Assembly: GCF_036588685.1 (NCBI RefSeq)
Contig: NC_086385.1
Location: 34,433,216-34,497,215, forward strand
DNA from: Mytilus trossulus
Lineage: Eukaryota
Reading direction: 5' to 3'
DNA: 64,000 nucleotides
The notes beneath the pieces are model-generated. The model searched no databases, was not told the origin of the DNA, and worked only from the letters and a program-made list of their open reading frames with translations. Position 1 is the first letter of the stretch; each line of letters starts with the position of its first letter. Of the stretch, positions 63,931 to 64,000 are shown piece after piece. The translations under genes were made by a program, and so were the position numbers.

Positions 63931-64000
63931 GTAAAATAGTGCAATTAAACTGTGATAGGGGTTCTAAATGTAATTCTTGGCCATGGATGGATATAGCTTT

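Overview
AT-rich, intron-rich animal genomic DNA, most likely a bivalve mollusc (Mytilus-like, inferred from the repeat landscape and gene content, not proven). I assembled six spliced genes by hand from GT-AG sites and reading-frame phase. (1) A secreted, extremely Met-rich repetitive protein (minus strand, 7544-8383). Its promoter and non-coding first exon are duplicated at about 2.0 kb, implying a tandem paralog just left of the window. (2) An ER FKBP7/14-like PPIase with two EF-hands and C-terminal KQEL (minus). (3) A C7orf57-like gene (minus), head-to-head with (4) METTL21A (plus). (5) JMJD4 (minus). (6) A plus-strand gene running off the right edge, whose CNPase/N4BP2-like polynucleotide-kinase exon can splice in frame into three open NOP58-like (NOSIC/coiled-coil) exons. 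This apparent CNP-NOP58 chimera is the most unusual feature. Introns and intergenic DNA contain hAT-, Mutator-, Kolobok- and Tc1-type non-autonomous elements, Helentron-like elements with tandem arrays, SINE/LINE/Penelope relics, a degenerate hammerhead motif and many palindromic elements. Family assignments come from remembered motifs, not database searches.
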